A DNA stretch of 64,000 nt, taken from positions 124,001-188,000 of the forward strand of contig RSEE01000080.1 in the NCBI GenBank assembly GCA_003971905.1, in the 5' to 3' direction. Below, one piece after another: positions 41,404 to 52,028 of the stretch (its first letter is position 1; every line of letters starts with the position of its first letter). Both the position numbers and the translations under genes were made by a program. The notes beneath the pieces are model-generated. The model worked only from the letters and a program-made list of their open reading frames with translations. It was not told the origin of the DNA and did not search any database. The DNA is from Moniliella sp. 'wahieum' (taxonomy: Eukaryota).

Positions 41404-41869
41404 GTTCGTCCTCTTGCCCCCCACCCCGTTTCTTCTGTGGGGAAAGGGGTCAGGCAGGGGAGGGGAGATTGTGTGAAATCTACCTCCCTGCCAAAGGTCT
41501 GGCTATGCCCATTGGCTCGTCTCCTACCCCAGCCTAGTTGCGGTCCCCGCTTTAATCGTCCGCTTCTGCAACGGTTCACCAACGATGGTGAAAACCATGG
41601 TCGGCTGCACACGAAGCATAAGGGATGGGCGTACATGAAGATGACTACGTTTGCAGGGTCAATAGAAGGCAGACGTTGAAGTGCGTAGATAAATGGCGCC
41701 GCCTGCCAAGATTGAGCAAGTCAAATTAGGTGGCAATGGACAGTAGATGGAAAGTAAGGTAACATTATACTGATGCTAGACTAGATATATTGGAGAAAAG
41801 GTTGCCAAAACACAGAGGGGTCCGATCAGGATCTCCGAGAGGGGAACCCGAACCAGCATCGAGCGCAGA

Positions 41870-42927
41870 TTAGTCCTTGCGTGTCAAGTCGCCAGCCGGC
41901 AAGACAAAAAGGGAGGAGTCGGCGGTGATGATGCCCGTGGAGGCGTATAAAAGGCACAGGCGGCGCAAAGAATACCAAATGCGCCGCCCGCCGTTCCAAG
42001 GTGGTCGTTGCCGGAGAAGTAGTGGCAGAATAGCAAGAGGAAGTGATGGTAAGAGTGAAGATGACAGAAAAGAGGGCGAGCGAGGCGCGCAGGGTGGCAA
42101 AGAGCAAGATAAACGTCACGATGAACCACGCGGCGAGGAAAATGCCGATGCTCTGATCCAGCTCGGCGGCCGGAACAGCTTGGATGCCGAACCAGGGGAT
42201 AAAGATGATGGCAAACCCAATCCAAAAGCTCCCGTACTAGTCAACAAAAGTGTTAGTATATCGCTGCGCCAGATCATATGGATAGGGGAGAGGGACAACG
42301 TACCATGCAGAAGGCAGTGGCACCAAATGTGTTGCCTGCAGATAAGACGAGGAAATGGTAGACGAAAATGAGTCAGGGTCGTCGCGGCGAATAGCGATGA
42401 GACAAAACGAGATGATCAGATGAACATACCAGATGCAAACTCCCAGACACCTGCAATCAGCTGTGCCAGTCCTCCAGTTGCCAAAGCAGGTGCGACAATC
42501 AGGTTCGGGTGGCTGATGCCCCTGGCTCCGACATTAAAGAGCGAGAGGATGAAGGTAGTGGCGGCAAAGGAGAGAAGTCCCAGAGGCGAGGGCGAGGCGA
42601 ACTTCTCTGCGGGCCGGGGCGGGAGCACAGCAGTCAGTATTCGGGACTTGCTTGAGGGGCGCAGGGGGGAGGGTACTTACCGGTGGTACACCGGGAACGC
42701 CGGTTGGGATGTGTCGACCGCGTGGCCGCCAGCTGTCGAGGTGTTAGCAATGCGAACACTTGATGCGGAGCCTCGCCGCTGAGCTCAGCTCAGCTCAGCA
42801 GAGAAGGTGGAATACGTACGAGTGACAGCGCGGACGATGGAGGAAAGGCAGGCTTCCCGCCATTTTCGGACGACCTTTCCATGCCAGACTCGGCGTCCTT
42901 TGAGCGGTGGAAGGAGAACTGGGTCAT
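41870..42927 (-). CDS. ADY2: GPR1/FUN34/YaaH (Ady2/AcpA) family acetate/ammonia transporter
   Basis: QPAFPVYHR|KFASPSPLGLLSFAATTFILSL, GGLAQLIAGVWEF..GNTFGATAF and YGSFWIG. Multiple TM segments and introns. Confidence 0.9.
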
Positions 42928-43324
42928 GGCGGTGGAGGTGGGGGGTGGTGGGGCGGTTGGTGGTGAAGCAGAAATCTCCTGCGGCGCGCAGACACGGCAC
43001 AGCCGTCGATCCCGGCGGCTTTTATTACGGGCGTTGGAGCAGGGTGGAACTGCCGCGCAGAGTGGAATGAGGACACGTGGGGCAGGCCGGGGCAACAGAC
43101 GGCAGGCGGGATTAGTGATGTCTTTTTTTCGTGCCCGGTGGGTGACCGGTGACCGGGCCAGAGGGGCCAGCCCCGCACAGCACGGCACGGCTGTGGGCGC
43201 TCTTGGTTCGAACAGAATCGCCGCCCCATCCCGCCGGGAGTGCACCCCGGCGCGCCGGCAGCCTGGCGCCAGTGTGCCCCGCGCTTGCCTGCCCCAACCG
43301 AACAGACACGTGGCTCAGACTGCC

Positions 43325-43535
43325 TGTTGACCACCAGTGGTCTAGAGCCCATCGGCCTTCAGTGACACGTGGCCCGATCCACACAGTGCACCGGGGCAGT
43401 GAGTTCCGACCCTTCCACGGGTTTCCACTGGCCTCCAGGCCAGGAGCCTATCAAGGCCCATAGCTCTAGCTCTCCTTAGCTCTTGAATGCCATCTCCATC
43501 GACCATCGCCAGCATCGCTAGCTAGGCTTGTGACA
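43325..43535 (+). repeat. 5' LTR (211 bp)
   Basis: TGTTGACC...GCTTGTGACA; identical by eye to 48378-48588. Confidence 0.97.
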
Positions 43536-43551
43536 GAGCTACAATCTGAAG
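43536..43551 (+). other. Putative primer-binding site, non-canonical (GAGCTACAATCTGAAG)
   Basis: Directly follows the 5' LTR. Lacks the TGG start of full-tRNA 3'-end PBSs. Reverse complement reads like an anticodon arm, TCAGA-TT-GTA-GC-TC. Confidence 0.5.
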
Positions 43552-43680
43552 CACCCACTGGCGCAAAGGATCAATACTCAGCACCACCATCGGCGCCCAC
43601 CGTCACCACCACCACCCCAACGCCACCATCGGCACCACACACCAACCAATTAAAAAAAAACAAAGGAAAAATCAGCCACC

Positions 43681-44913
43681 ATGCCCCCCGAACTGGAAGA
43701 AAACACCCCTCCTCCCGAAGTCTCTGTCATCGAAGAGGCGCAGGACATCGACGAACCGACCACCACCCCTGTCTCCGACCCGACCTGGCAACAGGCCCTC
43801 ACCGACGTCAGAGACAACCTCCTCGCAAGCACCCGCGCGTTCAAGCCCACCAGCGCTGACAATCTCCGCTCCACATGCCGCTCGTTCGCTACGGATGCAC
43901 ACACGGCGGCGTATGGACCGAAGAGCAAGAAAACACCGGGCGGAAAGGAAAATTGGATCTACACGCTCACCCTCGCGTTGGAGAAATATGTATTGGCCGT
44001 TGAATTCACGAAGCCGCAAAACACCCGTGAGGCCCTTGCATCCGCGAGTGAGGACATGGCCGAGCTTCGCCACGCTGAGAAACGCGCGTCAAAAGAGATC
44101 GAGCGTACCAACGCGACGCGCAAGGACGCCTTCCGCGACCCCACCGAATATGTGCTCTGGGAGCCCTCCATCCTCAACATCCTGGACCGCATCCACCTCG
44201 CCGCGAAGGACATCGTTCGCTCCGGTCCATCGTCACCACACTACGACTCGTCCCTCGATCTACGCCTCCAGAACCTTCTGTGGTCCCACCTCCCGAACGA
44301 CGTTCAATCTGCCATTATTGCACAGGACAACGTTGACACGTCAGCTGACTTGCTCCGTGCCCTGCGAAACAAATACGGTACGGTCGACTGCAAGACGTAT
44401 CATGAATTGTCCAGTCGCTTTCACCACTGCTACCAAAACCGGCGCAGCGGGAGCGAGTTCCTATCTGAAATGGGGACGCTCCGCAACCGGATCAGCGCAA
44501 CCACACCGATGTCGGACGAGCAATTCCGCCGTATCCTCGTCGGGGCCCTCCGCGACCCTGGTGACCGTCGCCGCCTAGAGCACATGACTCTGGCGGAGAC
44601 AATGCAAGACGTGGAGAGGATCCCAGCGGACCCAGAGTACAGAATTCCGTACCGGGGCCGTCACCCCCGGACCGCCAACTCGGGCGCTGGCAAACACGAC
44701 AGCGCGGGATCCCAGCAGCATAGCGGGGGTCCTCCTGCCGGTGCATCTCCCCGTAGCGGGGGTGCTCTTGCGAGAAAGCCGTCCGGCCACACCGGGGTTC
44801 CTTCGAACAACAAATGGCACCGCAACAGCTCCGCGCGAGCGCACATTGCCACCGAAGACGACGTCTCCGAAGGGGAGACCCTGTCTGTGGACCTTGCCCT
44901 ATCTGACAAATAG
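43681..44913 (+). CDS. gag: Retrotransposon Gag (410 aa), ends in TAG
   Basis: Uninterrupted ORF after a GCCACCATG start. Copia gag-like helical segment DLLRALRNKYG. No CCHC zinc knuckle visible. Confidence 0.85.
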   Translation: MPPELEENTPPPEVSVIEEAQDIDEPTTTPVSDPTWQQALTDVRDNLLASTRAFKPTSADNLRSTCRSFATDAHTAAYGPKSKKTPGGKENWIYTLTLALEKYVLAVEFTKPQNTREALASASEDMAELRHAEKRASKEIERTNATRKDAFRDPTEYVLWEPSILNILDRIHLAAKDIVRSGPSSPHYDSSLDLRLQNLLWSHLPNDVQSAIIAQDNVDTSADLLRALRNKYGTVDCKTYHELSSRFHHCYQNRRSGSEFLSEMGTLRNRISATTPMSDEQFRRILVGALRDPGDRRRLEHMTLAETMQDVERIPADPEYRIPYRGRHPRTANSGAGKHDSAGSQQHSGGPPAGASPRSGGALARKPSGHTGVPSNNKWHRNSSARAHIATEDDVSEGETLSVDLALSDK

Positions 44914-47900
44914 GAACTCGCGGGCAACCAGGACATCCAGTCTCGTCACGACTCGGGCGCGGATCCTAGCATCTGGAAGGATCTCAGGGTATTCAAAACC
45001 CTCAAGCCCAGCAACCGCTCAATCGAAATCGCTGATGGAAAACATATTAAAGCCAGTGGACGCGGAACATGTAGCATCGGTATCAAGTGTACCGACGGCA
45101 AATGTATCCATGTAGACCTACCCGGCAGTCTATACGTCCCCGGCATAGCAAGCAATCTCACGAGCGTAGCGCAAATAAGTGACGCAGGCCACGCATCCTG
45201 GTTCGCCCCCCACCGAAAAGGTATCTGGTTAAATGACAAGCATGGCAAATATCACCAAATCGCGGATTCCTCATACAAGCTGAACATCGTCCCGAAACCG
45301 ACACCCACAAACGAACACGCGGCCAAAGCTGCCGTCGCCACCCAACACACCGCAGCCAACACCATCGAGCACGTCATGTACGTTCACCAACAGTACAACC
45401 ACGCCGCGCTAGACCTACTCCCGACACTAACCGCCAACGCGCGAGCGAGCCTCCGCGTCAGCCCTGCCCAAATCCGACGCATCCGCCCCTTCTGGCATTG
45501 TCCCACCTGCACAAAAGCTCTGGCCAAAGCGCCCAGCCACCCTTCGCGCCACGGCCGCCGCATTTCGGAACGTCCTTTCGAAGTACTGCACGCCGACGTA
45601 GTCGACCTCCCTCGCATCACTGGCATGGGACATGGATACGCCCTGGTCGCGGTTGATGACTGGAGCCGTTACACCTTGCTGTTCCCCTAAAGACGAAAGG
45701 ACAAGCCACGGCGGAGCTGAAAAAACTCATCACCCGCGAGCAACGCATCGGAAAGGACCGTCTGCTTCGCATCTTGAAGACAGACAATGCCCCCGAGCTC
45801 ACCAGCGTACTCCGTCCGTTCCTTGAATCCGAAGGTATCACGACGGAAACCACCATACCAGGCCAAAGTCAATCAAATGGGGTGGCCGAGCGAGCCATCC
45901 AGGCAATCACCACACGCGCGCGCCAACTCATCATCGCCTCGGGCCTCCCGACATCAAACTGGTGGCAGGATGCCTTGCTGGCAGGGTGCTGGACGCACAA
46001 CCTCATGCCACCGACATCTCCACGCCAGGGCACACAATCTCGGGCTGAGCTGTACAAGGGGTCACCCCCACCGCTGCCAATGCACGCCTTCGGATCCTTG
46101 GCGTACCTTCACCTGGCCCAGGACCAACGTGACCATAAGCTCAGTCCGCGGGCTGTCGAAGCCATGCTCGTCGGGTACGACGCAGGTCGAGGTACAAAGG
46201 GTTGGCGCTGGGCTGTGTACGACCCGTCCATGGGCACGTTCCGATCCCAATGGGCAAAACCATACAAGTGGACCCAGCGCCAATACCACGAGGTTTTCCC
46301 CGACCGCTTTCCGCCTGACGTATCTCGCTTCCCCGCTCAACCCCTGCCTGACAGAACTGATGACTGACACTGAAACCAAAAAGGGAGAAGAAAAAATGAA
46401 CAAAATTGAAGTTGCAAATCCCAACACACCACCGAGAATCAACACTGATACTGACGCGACCATCGCAAGACAAAACGACACCCATCCAACCACCCCACCA
46501 CCAGACGGTACCCCGCCCGGACCCACCAGCGCCGTTTTGACCTTGACTGGGCACAGCTCCCCGTAGCGGACGACCCTCATGATGGTGACTTCCACGCACA
46601 CGCTGCCGCGCTGCCTCCGGTTCCCCTCCCTGACGGTAGTCGTAGTCCTGCGATCGGCCTACGCTTCCCACTGCCCGACACTGCCCTGCCCGCGTACAGC
46701 GACGGTCTCCATCCGCCTGAATACAAGGCGATGATCGCCCTTAGCGAGCCAGGGCCGCACGAGCGCATCCAGCTCACCAAGGACGGAGTACCTGTTGCAC
46801 CCAAGACAATGAAGGGCCTCCAATCACACCCCTCATTCGAACCAGTGCTGGAGGCGATGCGCACGGAAATCGACACCCTAGCCCGCTACGGCACATTCGA
46901 AGTCGTCACGCCCCCTCCAGACGCGCAGCTGCTGATTGGTCTGTGGCGTATCAACACCAAAACGGACGCAGACGGAAATTTCCTACGCTACCGAGCCCGT
47001 CTCGTTGCCGGGGGCCACCAGCAGGATGCTGACACATGGGGACAAACATTCGCCCCTGCCGTGCGCACTCCTGCCATCCTCAGCCTTATCGCCCTTGCTG
47101 GAAAGTTCGGCCTCCACCTCTTCACTGCTGATGTGCACTCTGCCTATTTGAACGCTCCCCTCACGGAAAAAGTGTACCTCCGCCCACCCCCATTCTTTCC
47201 CGAGGAAAAAGGCAAGGTCTGGCGTCTCCGGAAAAGCCTATATGGCCTCCACCAATCCGGCGCAAACTGGGCGGTATTATCATCCGTGACTTGCTCCGCG
47301 GAGACATGGGTTTTGTACAATCTCTGGCTGAGCCGTGCTTGTTCATCGACCCCGTAAAGGCGACACGGTCCTCCTTGCCGTGCACACCGACGATCTTCTC
47401 ATCGCCTGCACGTCTCACGCACGCTACGATTCTTCCTCACTGAGATCAACACCCATATCGAGGTGCGGGGAACGGCCCCCTACACTACCATCTGGCTGCC
47501 AGTACGACACCATAAACGGGAAACTACCTTAGCCAGCCAAAAATCATTGAGGAATCCATTGCCAAACATGAGGTTCCGCCACCCTGGTTATGGGCCTCCC
47601 CCACCCCAGCAGATGATCCCCGCGCGCACCGACCCCGAACCGCCCGCACTGCCCGCCGAGAGACGCGACTACCAAGCCAAAGTAGGATCTGGGCTGTGGG
47701 CTGCCCGCATGTGCCGCCCTGATGCGCTGTTCGGCATCTCAGCTCTAAGCCGAGCAACTGCCGATCCCTCCAAGGCCCACCGCGCTGCGGCAACAAACTT
47801 CCTCCGCTACCTCTACGGTACCAAGGGCTACGGTCTCCGACTAACACCCGAGCCTGACGCACCCGCTCTCGCGCTATACACGGATGCCGACCTGGCTGGA

Positions 47901-48383
47901 GACCCTGACCAATGGCGTTCCACGTCGGGATGCCTGCTTTTCGTCTACGGGGTTCCAGTGTCCTGGAGGAGCGTGCGTCAACCCAAGAGCGTCACCAACA
48001 CTGCTGCGGCCGAATATACGGCGGGATATGAGGGCCTCATTGATGCGAACTACGTTAAAAACATCTTACTGGAGCTCGGTGCCATCACCTCAGACGAGCC
48101 CATACACTGGTACTGCGACAACATGGCGGCACTTGCCTTGGCCGAAAAAGTGGGCAGCACGGGCAAACTACGTGAGCTGAACATCCGGTACCACAACGTA
48201 CGCCAGCATGTCGACTCGGGCGAAGTCAAAATCGCGCACATTGCTGGAAACGAGAACCCGGCCGACATCCTCACCAAACCAGCCACTAAGGTCTCACTCC
48301 TGGCCAACTTGCCTCGCCTCAAGCTTGAGGACGTTACAACCTTCCATCGTGCCACTGAGACCTCTGGCCAGCGGGGGTGTTGA
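44914..48383 (+). CDS. pol: Retrotransposon Pol (protease, integrase, reverse transcriptase, RNase H); in frame with gag; internal indels likely sequencing errors
   Basis: Protease DSGA (44950-44961) and LYVPGIASNLTSV. Integrase HQQYNH...CPTC, LHADV, VDDWSRY, KTDNAPE and SNGVAER. RT YRARLVAGG, DVHSAYLNA, LRKSLYGLHQS and VHTDD. RNase H YTDADLAG, AAEY, CDN and NPADILTK. Ends GGG TGT TGA inside the 3' LTR. Confidence 0.95.
48370..48377 (+). other. Short polypurine tract
   Basis: AGCGGGGG directly before the 3' LTR. Confidence 0.7.
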
Positions 48384-48588
48384 CCACCAGTGGTCTAGAG
48401 CCCATCGGCCTTCAGTGACACGTGGCCCGATCCACACAGTGCACCGGGGCAGTGAGTTCCGACCCTTCCACGGGTTTCCACTGGCCTCCAGGCCAGGAGC
48501 CTATCAAGGCCCATAGCTCTAGCTCTCCTTAGCTCTTGAATGCCATCTCCATCGACCATCGCCAGCATCGCTAGCTAGGCTTGTGACA
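48378..48588 (+). repeat. 3' LTR (211 bp)
   Basis: Identical copy of 43325-43535. Confidence 0.97.
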
Positions 48589-50158
48589 CTGCCTCCCCGC
48601 CGCGTGCAGGCACACCTCGGTCGCTGTAGGCACAATGGCCTCAAAGAAGCCCCCTGGGCCCGCGACTCCTGCACCACCACCCTCTTCCGGCACTGGGGAG
48701 ACGGGTTTCCAGAACCCAGAGGTCGCTGACTAGCTGACTGCTGACGTGCTGACGCGCTCATGCGTCACCGTAACGGCGCTGATGCTGCGCTAAAAAAGCT
48801 GAGTACTGAGTGCCTGAGTGCGGAGCGCGGACTCCTCCCCTCGGGCCTCCTCGGGCCTCCCCAGGCCGCCCAGCCACCCCGGTCCCCGCGCATTGTTGAC
48901 GCTGTCACCGCATCACCAGTCGCTACAGGAACGTGGCCGCGACGCTATGCCCGCCACGCCAGGTCGTTGAACCCTCCCCCCCCGCCCGTTCCAGTACACA
49001 TGGACCACTCGGCCCAAGGCTGGTGCTTGCTACGTTTTCTTGCTCTTTTTGTGGCGTCTCGTTCTTCCTCCCCGCACACTCGAAGCCCCCACGACCCCAC
49101 ATTATGCATTATTGTTCCCCAGCTGCAACAGCAGGCAACGGCACAACCACAGAAGGCAGTCCATGGTATCATCGGCATCCTATAGCCTATTGATTGTCTT
49201 CAAAAGAGGTCTAGCCCATTGTTCCTCCAAGCCTTGTGTCGGGCTTTTGGTAATCGGTGAGCGCTGAGCTGACTGAACATCTGTGGTATCGCAGGGTATC
49301 GCCTGTGGTATCGCTTGGGCTGAGGGCGTACTCAGCACGTTTAGCCCTCACCGCGCTCAGCCTGCTCCAGCCTCGCGCTCACCGAGCCCATCGCACTAGC
49401 GCCACTGAGCAAGTGTAAGTGCGACGTATGAGTTCACGCTGTACGTCACTAGTTCACTAGTCACTCTAGTCACTAGTCACTGCCAGAGGCTTTTCAGGGA
49501 CCGCAGCGATAACTCCTTTGGCGTGTATCAGTGTGGAATTGGAAACACTCGACTGCCTCGCTGGGTACAACAACGCAGTCCACGCTCAACATACGTTCAA
49601 CCAGAGGCCCTGACCCCAAAGCAAACAAAGAAACTACAGAGGTGCCCCACGGCCGCAGCCTAGCACGACCGGCGTATACCATGCATACATGGTACGACTG
49701 GTCCCGTTGCAAAACGTGGTGCAAAACGTGTGGTATTCATATATCGTTTGCTGGCCACCGGTAACCGGTAATAGATGGTAGCCGACCTAACTTTGGCTTG
49801 CCAACCCGAGTTGGCCGGGGAATGGAGGGAAAGGGATTTGGGGGGTTGGCGCGAATGTCCGCTTGGGCCGCTGCCATGAGGTGCCTGTTGAGGGACGCTC
49901 AGGGTAGGAGTGTAGCAAAGTAGACAAATGTGTTGCAGGACTGGACTTTTGCGCTCAGTCATGAATTCGGTCTTCGTCCAGGAGAGGGATAGAAGGCAGT
50001 CCAGAGAGAGCTGGGCACAGTGGAGACCAGATGTATGGGGAAAGACCATCGCCGTACATCACTCGCTTTGGGTCTGATGGAAACCCAAGGCAGGAGATGG
50101 AGTTGCCAGGCCAGTACCTTGGTTTGCACTCAGGCCCTCAAGTCTCGGATCTCAAGTC

Positions 50159-51147
50159 TCAAGCGTCATCTTGGAGGAACCAGCCGTACTTCTCCATTGC
50201 GCCCAATGACGTGAGAGCAGGTGGATAGCCAAACGACGAGTGGCGCAGCGACCCGACCTGCGCCCAACGTTGGGCCAACGCGGAAATGTCATTGCAGAGG
50301 CGCCGGACGGGCTTGGGCATATGGTCCATGTGCTTCGAGGAAGGTCGCCAATCCCGAGAGGCAGTAAAGCGGCACGCCGAGCGAAACGTCCACCGCTGGT
50401 ACGGATTTTGCACTACCCGGTAAACCTCGAGCCAATGGGTGCCCCAGCCAAACACGCCTTCCCCATCCGGAGCAGGATGCGTCCATTCGTCCAGCGCAGG
50501 CGCAGCTGTCTCAATGATGGCAGCAAGTGCCAAGTAGCCTCCTGTAGAGTGACTGCCCGGGGTCATGCCTACCCGACGAATGATGTCCTCTACCATTTCC
50601 CACGCCTGAGCACGGAACAGATCCATGTGAACAGGTAGCCAAGAAAAAGAGTAGGACCCAAAATGAGTCGTGCTTGCGCCAGTCGCTTGCCGGGGCCTTC
50701 GGCACTGGAGTCCCAGTCGGCTGGCTCGGAGGTGACATGGTCCAAGTCATCCCAAATGGTCTTGTATCGGGCCAGCAAATGCTCTACAATGTAGGCCTGT
50801 CGGCCATTGCTCGGACGAAGGTGCGAGGGAGAAGCACCTTGCCAAGCAGGACCAATGTACGAGTCGTGGGCCCAGCCATTCAGACTCTCCGGCCCACCGT
50901 GATGAGGACCCGAAGTGGCCGCCAATAGCCAGTCCAGGATCTCGTCCGCCTTACCTGGATCGGCCTGGACAGCAAGGATGACCTTGTCGGCAAGCTGAAG
51001 CGCGAGGTGGTACCCGGGCGGCTGCTGGCCAGCCGGGTGGGTGGAGTCGGCAAATGTATCAGCAACGAGCTTGGCTAGGGCGCTGGCTCCTGTCCAATTT
51101 CGCCCAATTGCTGAGAAAAGTCGGGCCCGAGAGGTGAGGTTGGCCAT
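50159..51147 (-). CDS. Hypothetical alpha-helical protein, faint MIF4G/HEAT-like pattern
   Basis: Two overlapping ORFs joined by one frame switch near 50630. Protein-like composition. Confidence 0.5.
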
Positions 51148-52028
51148 AGAGGGGGCGGATGAGGGAAGGGGAGTCGTGGTGGCGCGTTCAGAAAATGTGC
51201 GACGTCCAAGCTGCTTCCTGAGCAAAAAACAAGCTGGGAGAGCAGGGGAAGGCGCAAAGGAGGTAGGTTTGAAAACCAGCTGAAGATAATCAGACCGATC
51301 AGATCGACCAGCCAGCCGTTGAACGCGCGACTCGCTTGCGCCTACGAGAGGCACGGCGCCGGTGAGAGGGTGGTCCGTGCATAAGCTTGTACCCCTTGGC
51401 CCCTGTCTCGGCCTCTTTGGTACGTGGCGAAGCACAATCTCTCTATTAATCCAAGCACCACCATATCCGGCCAGTATGGTGGTCTCCTCACTGTAGCTGT
51501 TGGCCCTCGGCAAAACACGCCATCGTTGCTGTCACCGTCTGCGGTCTACATGGAAAGCCAGCGCCCCGCACCTCGTTACGCGTTATGGTTCGCACAGAAC
51601 TGAACGTGGGAGAGTCATTGTGTTGATCGTCCTTGTGCTGAATAATACTGAGACGAGAGTTTCAGGCGGAGTGTGGGCGCGGGCGTTGGTAGCAGCGCGA
51701 CTCCAATCCAGTCCCCGTTCCATGCGCACATCTGCCCCTGCCTCTGGGGGGGATGGCCCTTGAGCTAGCTTAGCTCCTTACCTCCTATGGGTGCTGCGTG
51801 TCACCATTCTCCTCAGCCGTCTTCTTAAAAGGAACCGTTAAAGCGCCTTTCCATTCTGGGTGTTGCCGGGGGGAATACGCTGCTCATTCCACGGGGCAGA
51901 TCGCATGAAGGATTGAATGTATGTACATTGATGCAAGGGTCTGGCAGGAAAACAAGATCAGACGAAAACGGTGGCCAGGATCACCACAGTCAAGCGAGTA
52001 GTCATTGTTGACTGTGTTGCCGCCTCAA

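Larger units (their letters stand above)
43325..48588 (+). mobile_element. Full-length Ty1/copia LTR retrotransposon (5264 bp) with 5-bp TSD CTGCC
   Basis: TG...CA LTRs at both ends. CTGCC at 43320-43324 and 48589-48593. Domain order gag-PR-IN-RT-RH is diagnostic of copia. Confidence 0.98.

Noticed and set aside
43534..43570. tRNA gene on the minus strand next to the LTR
   Set aside because: Only an anticodon-arm-like segment is present, with no T-arm or acceptor stem, so it is treated as a primer site.
45680..45700. TAA in the integrase as a second recoding site
   Set aside because: Adding one C to the CCCC run restores LLFPLKTKGQA in frame with KTDNAPE, consistent with a homopolymer deletion error.
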